Shown: one piece after another, positions 49,753 to 62,929 of the stretch
Position numbering within the stretch: position 1 is the first letter of the stretch
Layout: each line of letters starts with the position of its first letter
From: Camelus ferus
Lineage: Eukaryota
DNA length: 64,000 nt
Assembly: GCF_009834535.1 (NCBI RefSeq)
Contig: NC_045697.1
Location: forward strand, 62,374,001 to 62,438,000
Direction of reading: 5' to 3'
Program-made: the position numbers and the translations under genes
The notes under the pieces: generated by a model
Told to the model about the DNA's origin: nothing
Seen by the model: the letters and a program-made list of their open reading frames with translations, nothing else
The model's database searches: none

Positions 49753-50246
49753 TTGCAGAGGAGGAAAGTTTTCCTCCATTCTCTTAGTGTCTCTGCCTGA
49801 GTCTGAAAATTCAACTGACAAAGACAGATGAATGGGAGAAAAGCATACAAATTAATTAAAATGAGTTTTACATGACGGGAGCCTTCATAAGGAAATGAAG
49901 ACCTGAAGGAAACCTGTGTATTATTTTGTTAGCTTTGATGAAGAAGGGACAGCCATGGAGGAATATGATGGGTTAGGGAGTGTGTGGTGGGTGTAGTAAA
50001 CTGCGGGAAACTTAGCAAGGGCTGTTTGTTCAGATTCTTCTCAGTGTCCACTTGTCTTCCCAGATGAGGATGCTCCTTTCCTCTGAGTATAGGGAGGGCA
50101 CCTCTCACAGGAGGCTTTTATGACGTTTCAGAGAAGGGTCAGAGAGACCTTCCTGCTTGTGCTATTTTCTCAAACTCCTTCAGCTTAAATATTCAATATG
50201 CCAAGGTGCCATCTTCTGCGGGTGGTGTGTTCTGAACCCCACCACT
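49753..50246 (-). mobile_element. ERV1 (MER4/MER41-group-like) solo LTR
   Basis: cttcagcttaaa.attcaatatgccaa.gtgcca...gtgttctgaacccc end typical of this group. Confidence 0.7.
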
Positions 50247-50346
50247 CTATTAAAAGAAGCAAAAAATACAAGATTGAAAAGGTACTTCTCCCCGGTCTGT
50301 AAAAAGATCAATCCCATTCCTGTCTATTTTACTTCTGTCTTTGGAG

Positions 50347-50511
50347 CATGTGTTTGTTTTCTGCTGGCTACCTGTGGAGAGAGGGCTTGGATCATGGGAG
50401 AAATACACAGAAATATCTATACTTTGGGCCTCAAGGACCTCAGCTTTAGTATTTGTAGAGATGGACATTAGCAGTGTGGAACAAAGGACCATAGAAAGCA
50501 TACGCAATCAT
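50347..50511 (+). pseudogene. Exon remnant HVFVFCWLPVERGLGSWEKYTEISILWASRTSALVFVEMDISSVEQRTIESIRNH
   Basis: Pyrimidine tract, 55 open codons, donor |gtaaat. Phase 0 end. Confidence 0.35.
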
Positions 50512-50715
50512 GTAAATTCAATTTAATTGAGTATATACAAGTGTTATTTTATATCTTATAGTCAATTAGTGTTAAAATATCTATCTAGGTAGGATTTATT
50601 CTGATCTAAATTGTAAAATAATTGAAAGAATTTTGGTATCTCTTCTTTTTGTTGATAGTTTGCATACTTGCTTTTTTCCTGTTTCATCCCTACTCCTAAC
50701 TTTGACTTGATTTTT

Positions 50716-50820
50716 TCTTCCTTCCTTCCTTCCCTCCCTCCTTTCCCCCCTCCTTCCTTCCTTCCTTCCTTCCTTCCTCCCTCCTTTCCCTTCTCTTCCT
50801 CTCCTCCTCCTCTTCCTACT
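50716..50820. repeat. (CCTT)n-type polypyrimidine microsatellite
   Basis: Directly visible. Confidence 0.95.
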
Positions 50821-50929
50821 TTTGGGTCAGAGATTTCTTGTCCATTTTATAATTTCAAAATTGGAAACTCAGAAATGAAAACTTTTATACCTTTAAGTTC
50901 ATTTGAGAATTTTAACAGCATGATAGTTC

Positions 50930-51484
50930 TGTTACCACGGGGAAGGAAGTAAAAAACCTCGATTCTTTGTCTTACCCGAGAAAAAGAATTTAAACGAAAG
51001 ACTAAATATGTTGTAAACAAAGGATTTCATTAGTAGAGCAAAAGTCAGCATAGTACACCTTGAAGAACTGAAGGTGGACCAACCCAAGAGAGGAAAATGG
51101 TGCCACTCCTTTGTTTCTCTTGCCTTATGTCCTGGCTTTAGGGGCGTTCTTGTGGTTGATTGACGGTTCACGTCCCTTGAATGCTTAGGCGTGCGCATCT
51201 CCTTTGCAAATGCTTTCACCCACGGTGTACACAGGAAAACCTAAGGGAGAGGGCCCAACCCACGGTGCTAATTATAATACAACGAACACTGGGTCGTGTC
51301 CAGTTAAATCCTTTCTGCTACCACGCAGTCGTGTCTGTTGGGTTCTCACTGGTTTCTTGCTGGCACTCATTTAGAAGAAGTAAAGTCCCTTTGTGCTGGA
51401 GGCGGGCACACCACCATCTTCTGGACCATCCTCCCTCTCCTCCACCTATCTGCCTGGTGCCCCCACTTACCTGACTGTCCTACA
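50930..51484. mobile_element. Solo LTR
   Basis: TG...CA ends, TSD gttc/attc, CpGs retained. Confidence 0.75.
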
Positions 51485-51916
51485 ATTCTGGATATTTCTA
51501 AAACCATTCAGTGAAATATGAAAATGCTACTGTGGAGATTTTGTTTTCATTAAACCTTCCTGAAATTTGCTCATGTTGCACTACTGAATACAATTATCTG
51601 GCTGGACAAAAAGGCAAAGGAAGATGGGCAGAATTGCAGGCTCATGATTCCCATTTTTAAATTAGAAAAGAAAAAAGATTCCTCCTGCATTTGTAATGAA
51701 TGTTTACTCTTATTCTTCATGTTCCATTTCTTTCCTCGTTTATCCCAGTACCTCTAGAGAATCCCTCACGTTCTCACTTTTCCTTTTCCCCTTTTGTAAA
51801 ACAGCAGGCCCTGTTTTTGAAGAGCCTCTTTGTAGGATAATTTCAAACCTATTTTCTCCAATGGGACAGTAGATGCATTTGTGCTTTTGTCTATTCAGTT
51901 TATCTCTTGTTTATAG

Positions 51917-52021
51917 GTTTATGAGAAACGAGATTATCAACATCTTCAGTCCTCTCTATATTTCAGTTTCCTTGACGACCAGCAGAAATCCTTTACTAAA
52001 CTAGTAGCAGTGAATGGGAAG
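51917..52021 (+). pseudogene. Exon remnant VYEKRDYQHLQSSLYFSFLDDQQKSFTKLVAVNGK
   Basis: tatctcttgtttatag| ... AAG|gttaaa. 105 nt open, phase 0-0. Confidence 0.5.
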
Positions 52022-53527
52022 GTTAAACTGAACTAAAAGTTGGGAGAAACAAAGCGGTTTCTAGGTCATCCTTGAATTCATTATTTAGGTGGAAAAAATG
52101 GCTAAACTCTAAATTTAATATGTCTGTATACAGTATTAACCTTAGAATGAAAAACCAATTTCTGAGATTATTATGAATTACTCAAAATTCCTTTTTCAAA
52201 TAATTTACAGAATATAACGTTCTAAATAGGAACAATCATAGGAAGTTAAGAACTTTATACTTTTATGGGAGAGAGGACGATATAGCCTTTCCTCCTCCAC
52301 ATACTTACATCCTGTCATTATTTACTTAGGAAAGAAAAGATCTTGAAACTTCTGGGTTCAGGGTTTATCTTTCTGTTTTACAGAGATAAACTTCCCCAAA
52401 GATGTGTCTCCTAATTTAGGGGGGAGTGTGGCTCATATCATAGACTTAGCATGATACACTTCTCACATACTTTTCTGTTTTCTAACTTACCACATATTTG
52501 ACTAAATTATATCATAAATGCAGTGACCACAAATTCTGTAAAACCCATAATGCTCACTAATAATTTTATGTATAAAATGTGTTGTAGGTTTCTACCATGT
52601 TTAAAATTTCCTATTTGTTTTTGTTCTGTTGAAACAGTAACAGTTAGGTACTAAAAAATCTTATTGCTTAATATGAGGTGAACTCAGCCAGCACAAAAAT
52701 GACAAAAAGTCATTATATTTTTGGAAGTGAATTAATAGCACTAGTTTTCAATCTCCATAAGGGCAGGGAGGATGTCTGCCTTATTCACATTTGTTCTCAA
52801 AGGTTTTGGTGTAGTGCTTTGCACGCAAAAGAGTTGAGACGATTTTTGTTGAATGATTGAATGGAAGAATTTTTATTCAAAAAATTCGTAACTAAATTTC
52901 TATATGCTCTATAATTGGAAAGCTTTCCCTTTATATATACTAAAATAGATCCAAATACCATGCAAACACATATATCTCCCAACAGGAAAAAAAAAAAAAA
53001 TGCCAGAAGGGTTTTTAGATTGTGAAAGGTTTTTGTATAAAGGTCTTTATTAATCATTGTAACCTGGTTGAGATTGTTACTTCAGAATTCAGAATAGTAA
53101 AAGAATGAATTACTTGCTTTAAAAATGACTAGTATCTAGGAAATAATTAAATTTGATATTTCAGTGGCCATGATCAGCTTTTTGCATTTTACTTTCTTAG
53201 GAAATATTGAATCCATGCACAAAAATATCTGTACAGTTCTCAGTAGCATTTGGTTAGAAACATTAAAGATGATGTTTTAGGTTGGTTTTGTCAGAAGGTC
53301 TAATCAGCATTAAATTCTTTTTTTAAGATACTATTTTTGAGTAAAGAATTTAGAAATTGACTAAAATGGATGTGTTTGAACTACAAGGGCAACATTAGGA
53401 AAATTTTATGGGAAAAATACCATTAAGTTTAGCTAAAGAACCTTATTTTTCAGGCCATTTTACAATGCCTTTTTAATGAATGACCCGTTGAGATTTAATT
53501 TACACCAGCTCTGCTTTGTTGTAACAG

Positions 53528-53736
53528 GCAGTCATTATGCCTCCAAAGCATGAAGTTAATGACATAATGGCCAATTGGATTTGGTTATTACGTGTACAGG
53601 GATATTTTTCTTGTTTAAAGCTAATTAGCATGAAAGACAACGTGACCATTTTAAATGAAATGAGAAGAAAATGGGAATAATGTGTCACAATGAGGCAGAC
53701 AATGGGAATTTCAGCCATCAAAGAAAAGTGGAATGA
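53528..53736 (+). pseudogene. Exon remnant AVIMPPKHEVNDIMANWIWLLRVQGYFSCLKLISMKDNVTILNEMRRKWE*CVTMRQTMGISAIKEKWN
   Basis: ctttgttgtaacag| acceptor. One TAA at 53678. Phase 0-2 links 51917-52021 to 54871-55039. Confidence 0.45.
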
Positions 53737-54870
53737 GTATAAACCACATATACTTTTCACATTATTCTAACTTTGAGAAAAAAAAATCTTTCCAGGGAGT
53801 TATTAACCAAGTGGGGTCAGCTGAAATGATCTATTCTTCAGATAGATTCAGTCTAATTCTCTATTTTATTATGTATGTGACCCTTGGTATTATATCATTA
53901 GTCTAGAAAATGTGGCAAGAAATCCATTTAAGAAAGTGAAGCAAGTAGATGGAAATAATGTTTAGATATGTAAGAACAGTACTTAATATAGCCTTTTGTA
54001 GCCAGGTCTTGGAAAGTGCCTTATTTGAAAATGGCCCTTGGAAATGCTGAGGTTGAAAAACAATCACAAGAAAATTTATTTCTATGAGTACTTTGTTATG
54101 AGACTGATAGACTCTTCCAAATACAAAGTTAAGAATGAAGCTTTCTCAGCCTCTGAATTTGGGAGCACCTCAGTATCCACTTGGAGTTCAGAAATGGCTA
54201 AAATGGTTTCAAGTTCTTCCATAAATGGAAGCTAAAACTAAGAGTGATAATGCCTCTGTGATGTCCAGAGACATGTCCACCTCCTGTATTGATGGACAAA
54301 AAAGTCCCCTGGGTGCCAGTGTTAAAATCAGGTTTCTGGCTCCGCCCCAGAGATTCTAAGTTCGTAGGTCTAGGTCAAGAATCAACACCCTAGGTGGTTC
54401 CAGTGCAGCTGGTCTTCACGCCACTTTTCTTTTTGTGGTTGTTGGTTCAATGAGAGGGAAGTTTTCATTGTGTACAGGTGTCTACAGGTGACACATCAAA
54501 TCTGGGTCTGATCAGAAGATTCCCTAGAGCTCAGGGTTATAACTAGGAACATTTTGCAACGTTTGATGTAATCTTTCTCAATCAACAGAGAGAGCTCCTC
54601 TCTCTCCCCAGGGGTAAGGGAAGTGGGTTCTTAGAGTCAAGGATGAGAACTGGGGAAAGGGTTAATGGAGAAAGAGGATGAATGTTATTTATTATTATTT
54701 ACTTTCTATTCAGTAATTTCACACCACTCTTTAAGAAACACCAACCTTGAAACATGACTAAGCTGATCAAAGTAACTCTGAAGACTGTACAACACGAATC
54801 AAAATTTATAAAATTAATGAGGGAAAGAAAGCCCTCCTCCGAATTTTGTTGCTCTCTCTCCCAGCAACAG

Positions 54871-55039
54871 AATAAAGACAAAGCAGTGGTGGCAGGGAAG
54901 AGAAACAGAAGAGTTAATGATGCTGCAAGACCTCACCTGGTGTAAAGCATACACCAGCGAAGAGAGCGTGGAACACTGCGAATTAACCAGAAAAGGAAGG
55001 GGGGCTGCAGGTGGATTCAAATCAAATAATAAATGTCAT
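54871..55039 (+). pseudogene. Exon remnant IKTKQWWQGRETEELMMLQDLTWCKAYTSEESVEHCELTRKGRGAAGGFKSNNKCH
   Basis: ctctctctcccagcaacag| and consensus donor |gtgagt. 56 open codons. Confidence 0.55.
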
Positions 55040-55399
55040 GTGAGTACTTGGAGCAAAATCTTTGATGCTTTTATCCTCTTACATAATGATCTCAGGTTTA
55101 CTATAGCTTGGAGAAAATTTACCCTTGAAAGCACTTAACTGACACTATTCTTTTGTTTGTTTTAGGAAAAGGTAGTAAGTTGATATAGGAAGCCTTCCTG
55201 AATTGTCGCAAAAAAGTGGAAACATTTAAAATGTTATGCATAAAAATTTCATCATATATCTTTGGCTTTTTCCCTCTAAAGTGTACCTTATTCACACATT
55301 TAAAAAAACTTTCTTGGATATCATGTGTCAAATAAATGCTTTTTAATAGTTTCATTCCACATGCTTTTATAATGTTGACTTGTCCTTTTTTTTTTTTTT

Positions 55400-55995
55400 T
55401 TGAATACAATATTACTTTTGGAATACTTTAAGATATTCAGTAAAGTTGCAAAGATAGTATGGAGAGTTCAGTGTACATCTTACCTAGTTGTCACTTCACA
55501 TCGGGGGTGCATGCTCTCATCACGATTCATCACTAATGATGTTAACCTTCATCCTCTGGCTAAGGTAGTGCTTGCCACATTTTTCCACTGTAAAGTTACT
55601 ATTTTCCCCTTTCCCTATTCTATTCTTTGGAAGCAAGTCACTAAGTTCACCCCACATTCAAGCAATATGTGGGTTAAGCTCCATTTCCTGGAGGGAATGT
55701 TTCCGTAACTTATTTGGAATTCTTCTGTAAGAAAGATTTGTCTCTTCTTCTCCATTGGTTTATTTATTCAGTCATGTATTTATATCTGTAGGGACTCAGG
55801 GATATTTATATCATACCTTGGGTTATAACCCAGTACTACGTTAATTATTTTTGTTATTCAAGTTGTTCAGTTTTGATCAGTGGAACCCCTTGCTGGTGGG
55901 CTCCCTCATCCGTTTGACATAACCTGCTTAAAAAAAAGTCCTTCCTTCCTTTTTGGCACCAGATGTGACCAGCTCATCTTGTGTTTGCCTGCCCC
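55400..55995 (-). mobile_element. L1MC-like 3'UTR fragment
   Basis: Similar to 62930-63950 (ttgcaaagatagta..gagagttc...ccactgt.aagttact). Confidence 0.7.
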
Positions 55996-56163
55996 ATCCG
56001 TATGATGAGTTGACTTTGCTTTTTAACATCATGGAAACAAGGTGTAAATGTATTTTGATTTCCTACATATAATATCTTATGCAAAATCACGATTGCTTTT
56101 GGTGATATTGGTGATACAAGGACAAGAACAAAATAGGATCTTATGAGGTTCATTTCCTGTCAG

Positions 56164-56389
56164 GACAAAATGTAATGAATGTTCGTTTCTGGGCTGAAGA
56201 CATTGTTTGGAAAGTGACAAAAGGGAGACTTTGGGATGGATTGCGCATTTCCCTTTTCACTTCCTGTCATTCTGTAGAAATAGTTTGGAGAGAACCCTGT
56301 GGGGAAGGGTGGTGGTTTCACCACTTAACCACACACAAAATCAGGCGCGATCTTGGCCTTTCTTTTGTTCAACAACCTTCCTTCCCGTG
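56164..56389 (+). pseudogene. Exon remnant, frame ambiguous
   Basis: catttcctgtcag| ... GTG|gtaaat. Length fits phase 0-1 between its neighbours, but that frame has several stops while another frame is open. Confidence 0.35.
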
Positions 56390-56545
56390 GTAAATAACAC
56401 TGGCCCCAGACTCCAAACAGCTGAGAATTATTTTCAACAAAAGAGAAAGAAGAATAACTTACTGCTTTTTTCTTTCTCCTCCTCTCATCTCCCATTATTA
56501 TTTGATTAACATGTACTAAAAATCCTGATCCTTCCATTATTTCAG

Positions 56546-56738
56546 CCAGCAAATGTGTGGAATTGTCCTCTTACAGCCATCTCTCTAATACTCTTATCTT
56601 TCTATCATTGTTGTACCAAAGCAAGTGGAGATTAGTCACAGATCATTTCCACCTTCTGTTACAGCTGGACATCAAGTCAGTGGATGAGTTTGTCCCTTTT
56701 GTCTCTTCTTACCAGTTCTGGCATGTGCTGCCAAACAG
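56546..56738 (+). pseudogene. Exon remnant SKCVELSSYSHLSNTLIFLSLLYQSKWRLVTDHFHLLLQLDIKSVDEFVPFVSSYQFWHVLPN
   Basis: ccttccattatttcag| ... CAG|gtagtg. 63 open codons. Confidence 0.5.
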
Positions 56739-56869
56739 GTAGTGACTATCCGCAGTACATGTTTGAGAGGTATGGGTACATTTAAAAAGGACTTTCCTAC
56801 AGTGGTGTTACTCTAAGTGAGAAAAATAGGGAGGTGTCCCCTCCAATAGGATTTAGGAAAAACAAGAAA

Positions 56870-57345
56870 ATGGATAAAATACTTCTGCATAGCAAAAGGA
56901 AATCATCAACAAAATGAAAAGGCAACCTATGAAATGGGAGAAAATATTTGTAAATCTTATATCTGACAAAGGGTCTATATTTAAAGAACTCACACAACTT
57001 AAGAGCAAAAACCTAAACAATCTGATAAAAAATGGACAGAGAAAGTGAATAGACATTTTTCCAAAGACAACATACAAATGACCGACAGGTACTGAAAGGT
57101 AATCAACATCACTAATCAACAGGGAAATACAAATCAAAACCACAGTGAGATATCTATCACCTCACACCTGACAGAATGGGCATCATCAAAAAGACAAGAA
57201 ATAACAACTGTCGGTGAGGCTATGGAAAAAAAGGAACACTTGTACACTGTTGGTGGGAATGTAAATTGGTGCAGCCAGTATGGAAAGCAGCATGGAGTTT
57301 CCTCAAAAACTTAAAAATAGAACTGCCGTGTGATCCAGCAATTTC
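56870..57345 (+). mobile_element. L1 ORF2 C-terminal fragment
   Basis: KMKRQPMKWEKIFVNLISDKGL; gggaaat.caaatcaaaaccaca.tgagata. Confidence 0.85.
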
Positions 57346-58728
57346 ATGAGGTCGTCTTATCCCACTTATGCCCTTTTATCAGCTGTCTGGATAACTTATC
57401 CTCTAACATTTAGCTCATTTACCTATCCTTGGAATTTCCTGACTCCCCAAATCTCCCTGTCCCTCTGCCCCTGTATCCTGAAGTGACTGTCTTACTGTTT
57501 TGTAAACCTTAGTATTCTTATCTGTGTCTTTCATGAAACAATAAATTTCTTGAGAGGACCAACTGTGACTTGATAGTTTATATTTATTTATAGTTCTGGT
57601 GTCTGCCTCAGTTCCTTATCATTGGGTGCCCTCAAAACTTCAAGTCTAATAGACAAAACATTATAAATATAATATGTTATGAAATATTCTCTCTCAATGA
57701 TAAACACAATATGCCATGACAATATAGATATTTTTGTTCATCTGTGAATTTAATTTATTCATGACATTTCTTCTCCTTGCCCACAATTAGCATGAATAAT
57801 TCAGAGGAGGCTATGTTCTGTCTAGTTGTGAATAAGAGGTTCACATGCAGTTGACTTAATTTTCCAAGCTATTGGAGAGGAACAAAAGCAGATAATCCAA
57901 AAAATCACTTATATTGTATTTAGAATTCATTTGGGCATTTCCTATGGAATATAGCTAATGATCTAGGAATTTCCAATAATTCATACCAACAACTTGAAGC
58001 CATATCTGTAATTCTTAATACCTGATTCTTCAAAAGCCAAAAACTACCCTCTAGTTTCTCCACACACTACCCATATGTTCTGCTTTCTCAAGGACTCCTC
58101 TAGGGGTAAGGGAAGCTGTTTACTGAAATGAGAAGGAACAAAAAAGGGATTGGTATGTGTGGTATGCAGTCTGTTTTAATCTAGGACTCCTCCCCCTCAA
58201 ATATAGAGCTCCCCTATTTATTTCCACATGTAAAAGAATATTCTGCTTATGTCAACAAAGAGTTAATCAAGTAAAATAGATTCTAATACCCTTAAGATCT
58301 TGAATGCAAGCTAATAGAATTAGGGGTAATTTCTTGGAATAATAGATTGGATGTATATTTTCCCCCATAAATATTTAATCTTTTATAGAGAAACATTTTT
58401 TTCGGGAAGGTTTTTAGGAGCTCCTACAGATAGGACAATTTAACTTTCTTCAACAGGAGAACTCTTAGTAGAAAAACTGTCAATTTACAAAGTTCAGATT
58501 AGAATTAGTCACCATAGTTTTTATTAGAAGCATAAAAATATGCTCATGGATATGTAAATGTGGTGGGTTCTTTACTATATTCTTTTCCTATATGATAGTG
58601 ATATATTCCTTAACCTTGATAATGTTTATAAAGCAGTAATTAAAATATCCTTACTCAGTCTGACTTTCATTGTGGACATGGTTCATTGCCTCTCCAGTAT
58701 TCACTTTTGCTTTCTGGTTGGGTATAGC

Positions 58729-59238
58729 TGTTAGCGGGCAGGGGGCCTCCCCATGGGGAAAACCCCCAAAGTGTGGGCTCTTGCCTTTCTACCATGAAAG
58801 AATTCACAGCGGAGGCAAAAGATAGAATGAAAAGCTGCTTTTTATTGCCCAAGGGAAAGGCGATCAACTGGGGGAGCCTCAGGCCAAGGTGACCAGGCGC
58901 AAGAACTCCCGTCCTTTGGGTCTTAACAGGGTTCTTTTATCCATCTTCTTTGGTGCTTCTTGTCCTCTTTCCATTGGCTGTCCTTTTCCTGCTTGCTTTC
59001 CAGTTTGTTCTGCTCTGTGGACAAACACTCTGCAGAAATAAAATTAGGTAACTGGGGACCCTCAAACTATGTGGTTAAGCTAGATTGAGCAAGTGAGACC
59101 CTTAAACAATGTGGTCATATAGAGTAGATCTCATCAGGGCTTTCCATTCCTTTAAGGTGGCTCTTTAATTTTAAGCTTTTAAAGAAGTTTCTAGTTAATG
59201 AGTCCACATTTCAGTTCCTGAGTTCCCTGCCTCCCTCA
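58729..59238 (-). mobile_element. Solo ERV LTR
   Basis: TG...CA ends, TSD tagc/gagc, tttatt at ~58841. Confidence 0.7.
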
Positions 59239-60929
59239 GAGCTATAGGGTTCTGGGTAGGCAGAAGCCAGACAGTGAAAACATAAACTCTTTCTGGCTGT
59301 GATTGGTTCGGGGAACTTGACAGAAGTTGATACACTCAGAGGAAAGCCCAGAACTTTTAGTCAATAACTGGGATGGCAAACACTTTCCCTTTGTACTAAA
59401 GGGAAAAGCATACATGTTTGCAGTTGCAGCTGGTAATCATCTTGGGGCCAGTCTTAGGACAAAGCTGACAGATTCTTAATGAAATCTTTTAGCCACCAAA
59501 TCAAGCCATTCCTGAGATGTGCCGTCTTATAAAGTTATTGTGACAAGGAAATTATATAGGGCATAAAAACATTTTAACATTGATTCTGACCCATATAGGG
59601 GATTTATAATTTTTGGTCATGTCTTTTTTCCCCTTTTATTCTTACTAATTCTGTTACATCAGCTGGGACAGGAAATATGGGAGATTTGGGGGTGAAAGGA
59701 GGGGAGGTAGAGAATTTCAGTTTGAAAATCTTGAATCTTGTTTTCTTGTTAAGCTACCCAGGTGGCGGTACCTAGTAGGTATTTGGCAAATCAAGGCAGT
59801 AACTCATAGGCGATTAGCAATTTAAGTCTGAGATTTAGAAGGTACGTAGGTAATTTAAAAATTGATGTCGTAAGTGTGAACGGTATTGCTAGAAAGAACG
59901 TATAGAAATAAGAAGGGAAGAGGAGCAAAGAACCAAAACAGGAAACTGAGGAGTCACCTGACAGTGGTAATCAGCATTGAATACTATGCTATAAAGCACA
60001 GAAGTAATTTTTAAAAGAAGGGGTTTAATTATAAACACTCCAGGTAGAGGGGTATAATTGTTAAAAGGATTAAATACAGACAATTACAGAGAAGTTAGAT
60101 GCCAGAAGCTACATGTATTAAGCAGTGAATTGAAAGTGATCAAATAATGGTAATTTGAGATTGTTCTTTTCAGACCCTCAAGTGTAAGGGGAAGGAGACT
60201 ACAAAGACTCCTAGTTGCCTACTTAATATCAACTCTGTTCTAACTGAGTAACAGCGCTCTTATATTATTGGTCACGGTAATATGCCCAGTTTAAAAATCA
60301 CATCTCCACGACCCCACTACAATTAGGTAGCTAGTGAGACATAATCACGAGACACTGGGTGGGGCTTCCAGGGCAGCTCTGGGCCATTGGCTGAGGCTTC
60401 CAGGGCAGCTCTTAAAAGGGCTGCCTCAGGCGGAAGCCTTGTTTTTCTACCTTCCCGACATGGGCTGAGACGGCCGAAGTCAGAGCAACCACCGTGGGAC
60501 CTTGAAAAAAATATCAAGAGCATCACAGGTACTTCAGTACTAATATTCCTGAACTTCTGAATCAATGTCATCAACTGTTTACTTCTGTTATGTGAGAAAA
60601 ATGTGAATTTTAAGTCTCTGTTGTTGGAACTCTGTTTTTAGCAGCTGAATGTAGTTGCTGTTATAAACTGATAACATATAACAGCTAGGTGATGGAAGAT
60701 TTAAAAAATACGTATATATTCAAAGCAATGGCCTACAACCTTGAGGTTATTTTCTTTAGATTATTTTATTCTTTCCTCAGTAGGGAACACTAATCAATCA
60801 GGATTTGTGCTTAACAGGTTACACCTGGTAACCTCCTTAACACCTGGGCCTGATTTAAATGATTTTGAGCTGTTGCTCTAATGGGATGAAACTCTTGGGA
60901 ACCTTAGGAAGGCAGTGGTTAAGTATATA

Positions 60930-61830
60930 AGAAGATGCTTCTCATCACTGGGAAAAGCAAATTAAAACCACAATGAGATATCATTACATATTCATTAGAA
61001 GGGCTAAAATCAAAAAGACTGATAGTACCATGTATTGGAGAGGATGTGGGCAACTGGGCATCCTGTAAAATACACAATGACTCTTGGGAAAAAAAGTTTG
61101 GGCAGATTTTTTTTTTTTTTCAAAGTTAAACCACCCTTATGAGACCCAGCAATCCTACTCTCATGTATTTACCTAAGACATACGAAAGCATGTTTACACA
61201 AGGAGTTGTACATAAATGTTCGTAGCAGCTTTGTTTATAAGAGCTTCAAACTGGAAACAATGCAAATGTTCAGCAGCAGGTGAATGGATACACTAATCAT
61301 GGTTCATCCCACGTGGGATACCCCTACCTACGGCTGAGGATAGAGGAGGTGCTGATTCCCGCCCACTCCCAAGAGGCATAGGACTCCTCTGATGGGAGAC
61401 TTCCTGGAGGATGCCCCCTCTGCCTGGCCAAGGCTTTCTTTGGGTTGCACTTTGCAGCCTGAGAATCCCTCTTTACCCCTCCTCCCACCTTCCTCCTTTC
61501 TTTCTCAGGTGTCAGAGCTGCATTGCTCTGTAGGTTCTCTATGCCTTCTCAGTTCTCTTCCCTTTATCCTCCTCATTATTTCCCCTAAATCTCTTTCATG
61601 GCTGATTCTGTCTTGGCATCTACTTCCTTGAGGATATAAATTAACCCAATGAATGCCTGGATCAGAGGATAGGGGCAGGAAGGAACTTTTCGGGGGTGAT
61701 GGGAAAGTGTTCTAGGCTTTATTATTACAGTGATTACATGGGTATATTCATTTGTCAAAACTTATTGAATGCATACTTAGAGTGAGTCTATTTTATTCCT
61801 AAATAAAATTGACTTAAAAGAAAAAAATAA
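60930..61830 (+). mobile_element. L1MB/ME-like 3' end interrupted by an LTR16-like piece (~61320-61650)
   Basis: attaaaaccacaatgagatatca...gacccagcaatcctactc...aactggaaacaa, ending in an A-rich tail. Confidence 0.7.
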
Positions 61831-62373
61831 TCCCAAATGGTGCCATAGTTCACTGGTGAGGTCGGGTTGCGGGTAGGAAACGTGTTTTTTTACAGACTTC
61901 AAGTCCAACTGGATACACAAAGAATGTACATGGCATTGGGCAAAAACACATTCTTCACTTATTTTGGGGTTGTCTTTATAAATCTTGAGGAATAATAAAT
62001 TTCCTTTTAAGGATAAAGCTATACCATTAGGTCACCTTGGTTACTTGCTCATAAGTCAGCGTAAAATGGTTAAATAATAAAAGCCCAGATGGCTGTAGCA
62101 GGGGCAATATTCAAATGAGACAGAGAAATTACCATTCAGTCATGGCTTTATAAAAAAGGGATAAGGGTTTTGGAGGTAGCTTTTTGAAAATTATTTCCCT
62201 CCATAAATCCAGAATGGTTCCTGAATTCGTAACCACTGACGGTGCAGGGTGAGATGATGTGCTGAGGCAGCAGCCGGCATATTTTACAAAGCACAGACAC
62301 TGGAGGAAAAAGGCAGCTCTAGCATTTATCAGTATATTTAAGTCCTCCCTTTCCTGACTGTCTTTTCCCCCAG

Positions 62374-62588
62374 ATTGTGACTTCCAGGAGGATGATAACA
62401 AGGGCTTTATCCTTTCTGTCTGTTTCTGGAATATCAAACTCACTATGGGCAAGCAGTACATCTGTACTGAACAGATGATTGAAGGAATAAATAACTTTTC
62501 ATCACAACTTTGCTTCTCCTGGGACCACCTTTCAAAATGTACCTTGCTCATTTTCTTCCAGACTAAGTCGAGTATCTTTACTGACAAG
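62374..62588 (+). pseudogene. Exon remnant CDFQEDDNKGFILSVCFWNIKLTMGKQYICTEQMIEGINNFSSQLCFSWDHLSKCTLLIFFQTKSSIFTDK
   Basis: Strong acceptor ctgactgtcttttcccccag| and donor AAG|gtggtt. 71 open codons. A 36-nt candidate lies upstream at 62213-62248. Confidence 0.45.
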
Positions 62589-62929
62589 GTGGTTTTATTG
62601 ATCTTGTTTTTCTTCATTTACCATCTATTTATTTTATTACCAGGTTTAGCCCTTACTAGGAACTAAGGAGCCAGATTAAAAGAGGATCCCGCTATTATAA
62701 TTGAGGTCAGAAATCTTGTGTCTTGCAAGGTCTGAATAGAGATGGTTGGATGTGGCATATAATTGAATTGCTATGTTTCTCAATCTGAATGCAGTCTTTT
62801 CAAGGTGACTTTTCTACACCAGAACAATTAGAAATGTCGACATCCATCTGATGTAGAATTTTTCATTGCATAGCTTTTAAGAAATCCATAGAGCCACAAC
62901 GTGAAGAAAGCAATAGTTCTCTTTTTTAA

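Larger units (their letters stand above)
6632..62588 (+). pseudogene. Decayed multi-exon gene of unknown identity (probable unitary pseudogene); may continue beyond the window
   Basis: About 25 AG...GT-bounded segments in non-repeat sequence, with several phase-compatible chains. In-frame stops, probable frameshifts and an LTR inside one exon. Individual exons are listed below. Confidence 0.65.

Noticed and set aside
54871..55039. Resemblance to the GPR158/179 ectodomain (LQDL..., F...KCH) or a Sema domain (TW...C..KG...CH)
   Set aside because: Only short scattered matches with wrong spacing, and neighbouring exons do not fit either family.
62129..62617. 162-aa minus-strand ORF, the longest in the window
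   Set aside because: No recognisable domain. It is antisense to + strand exon candidates that have good splice sites, so it is probably a shadow ORF.
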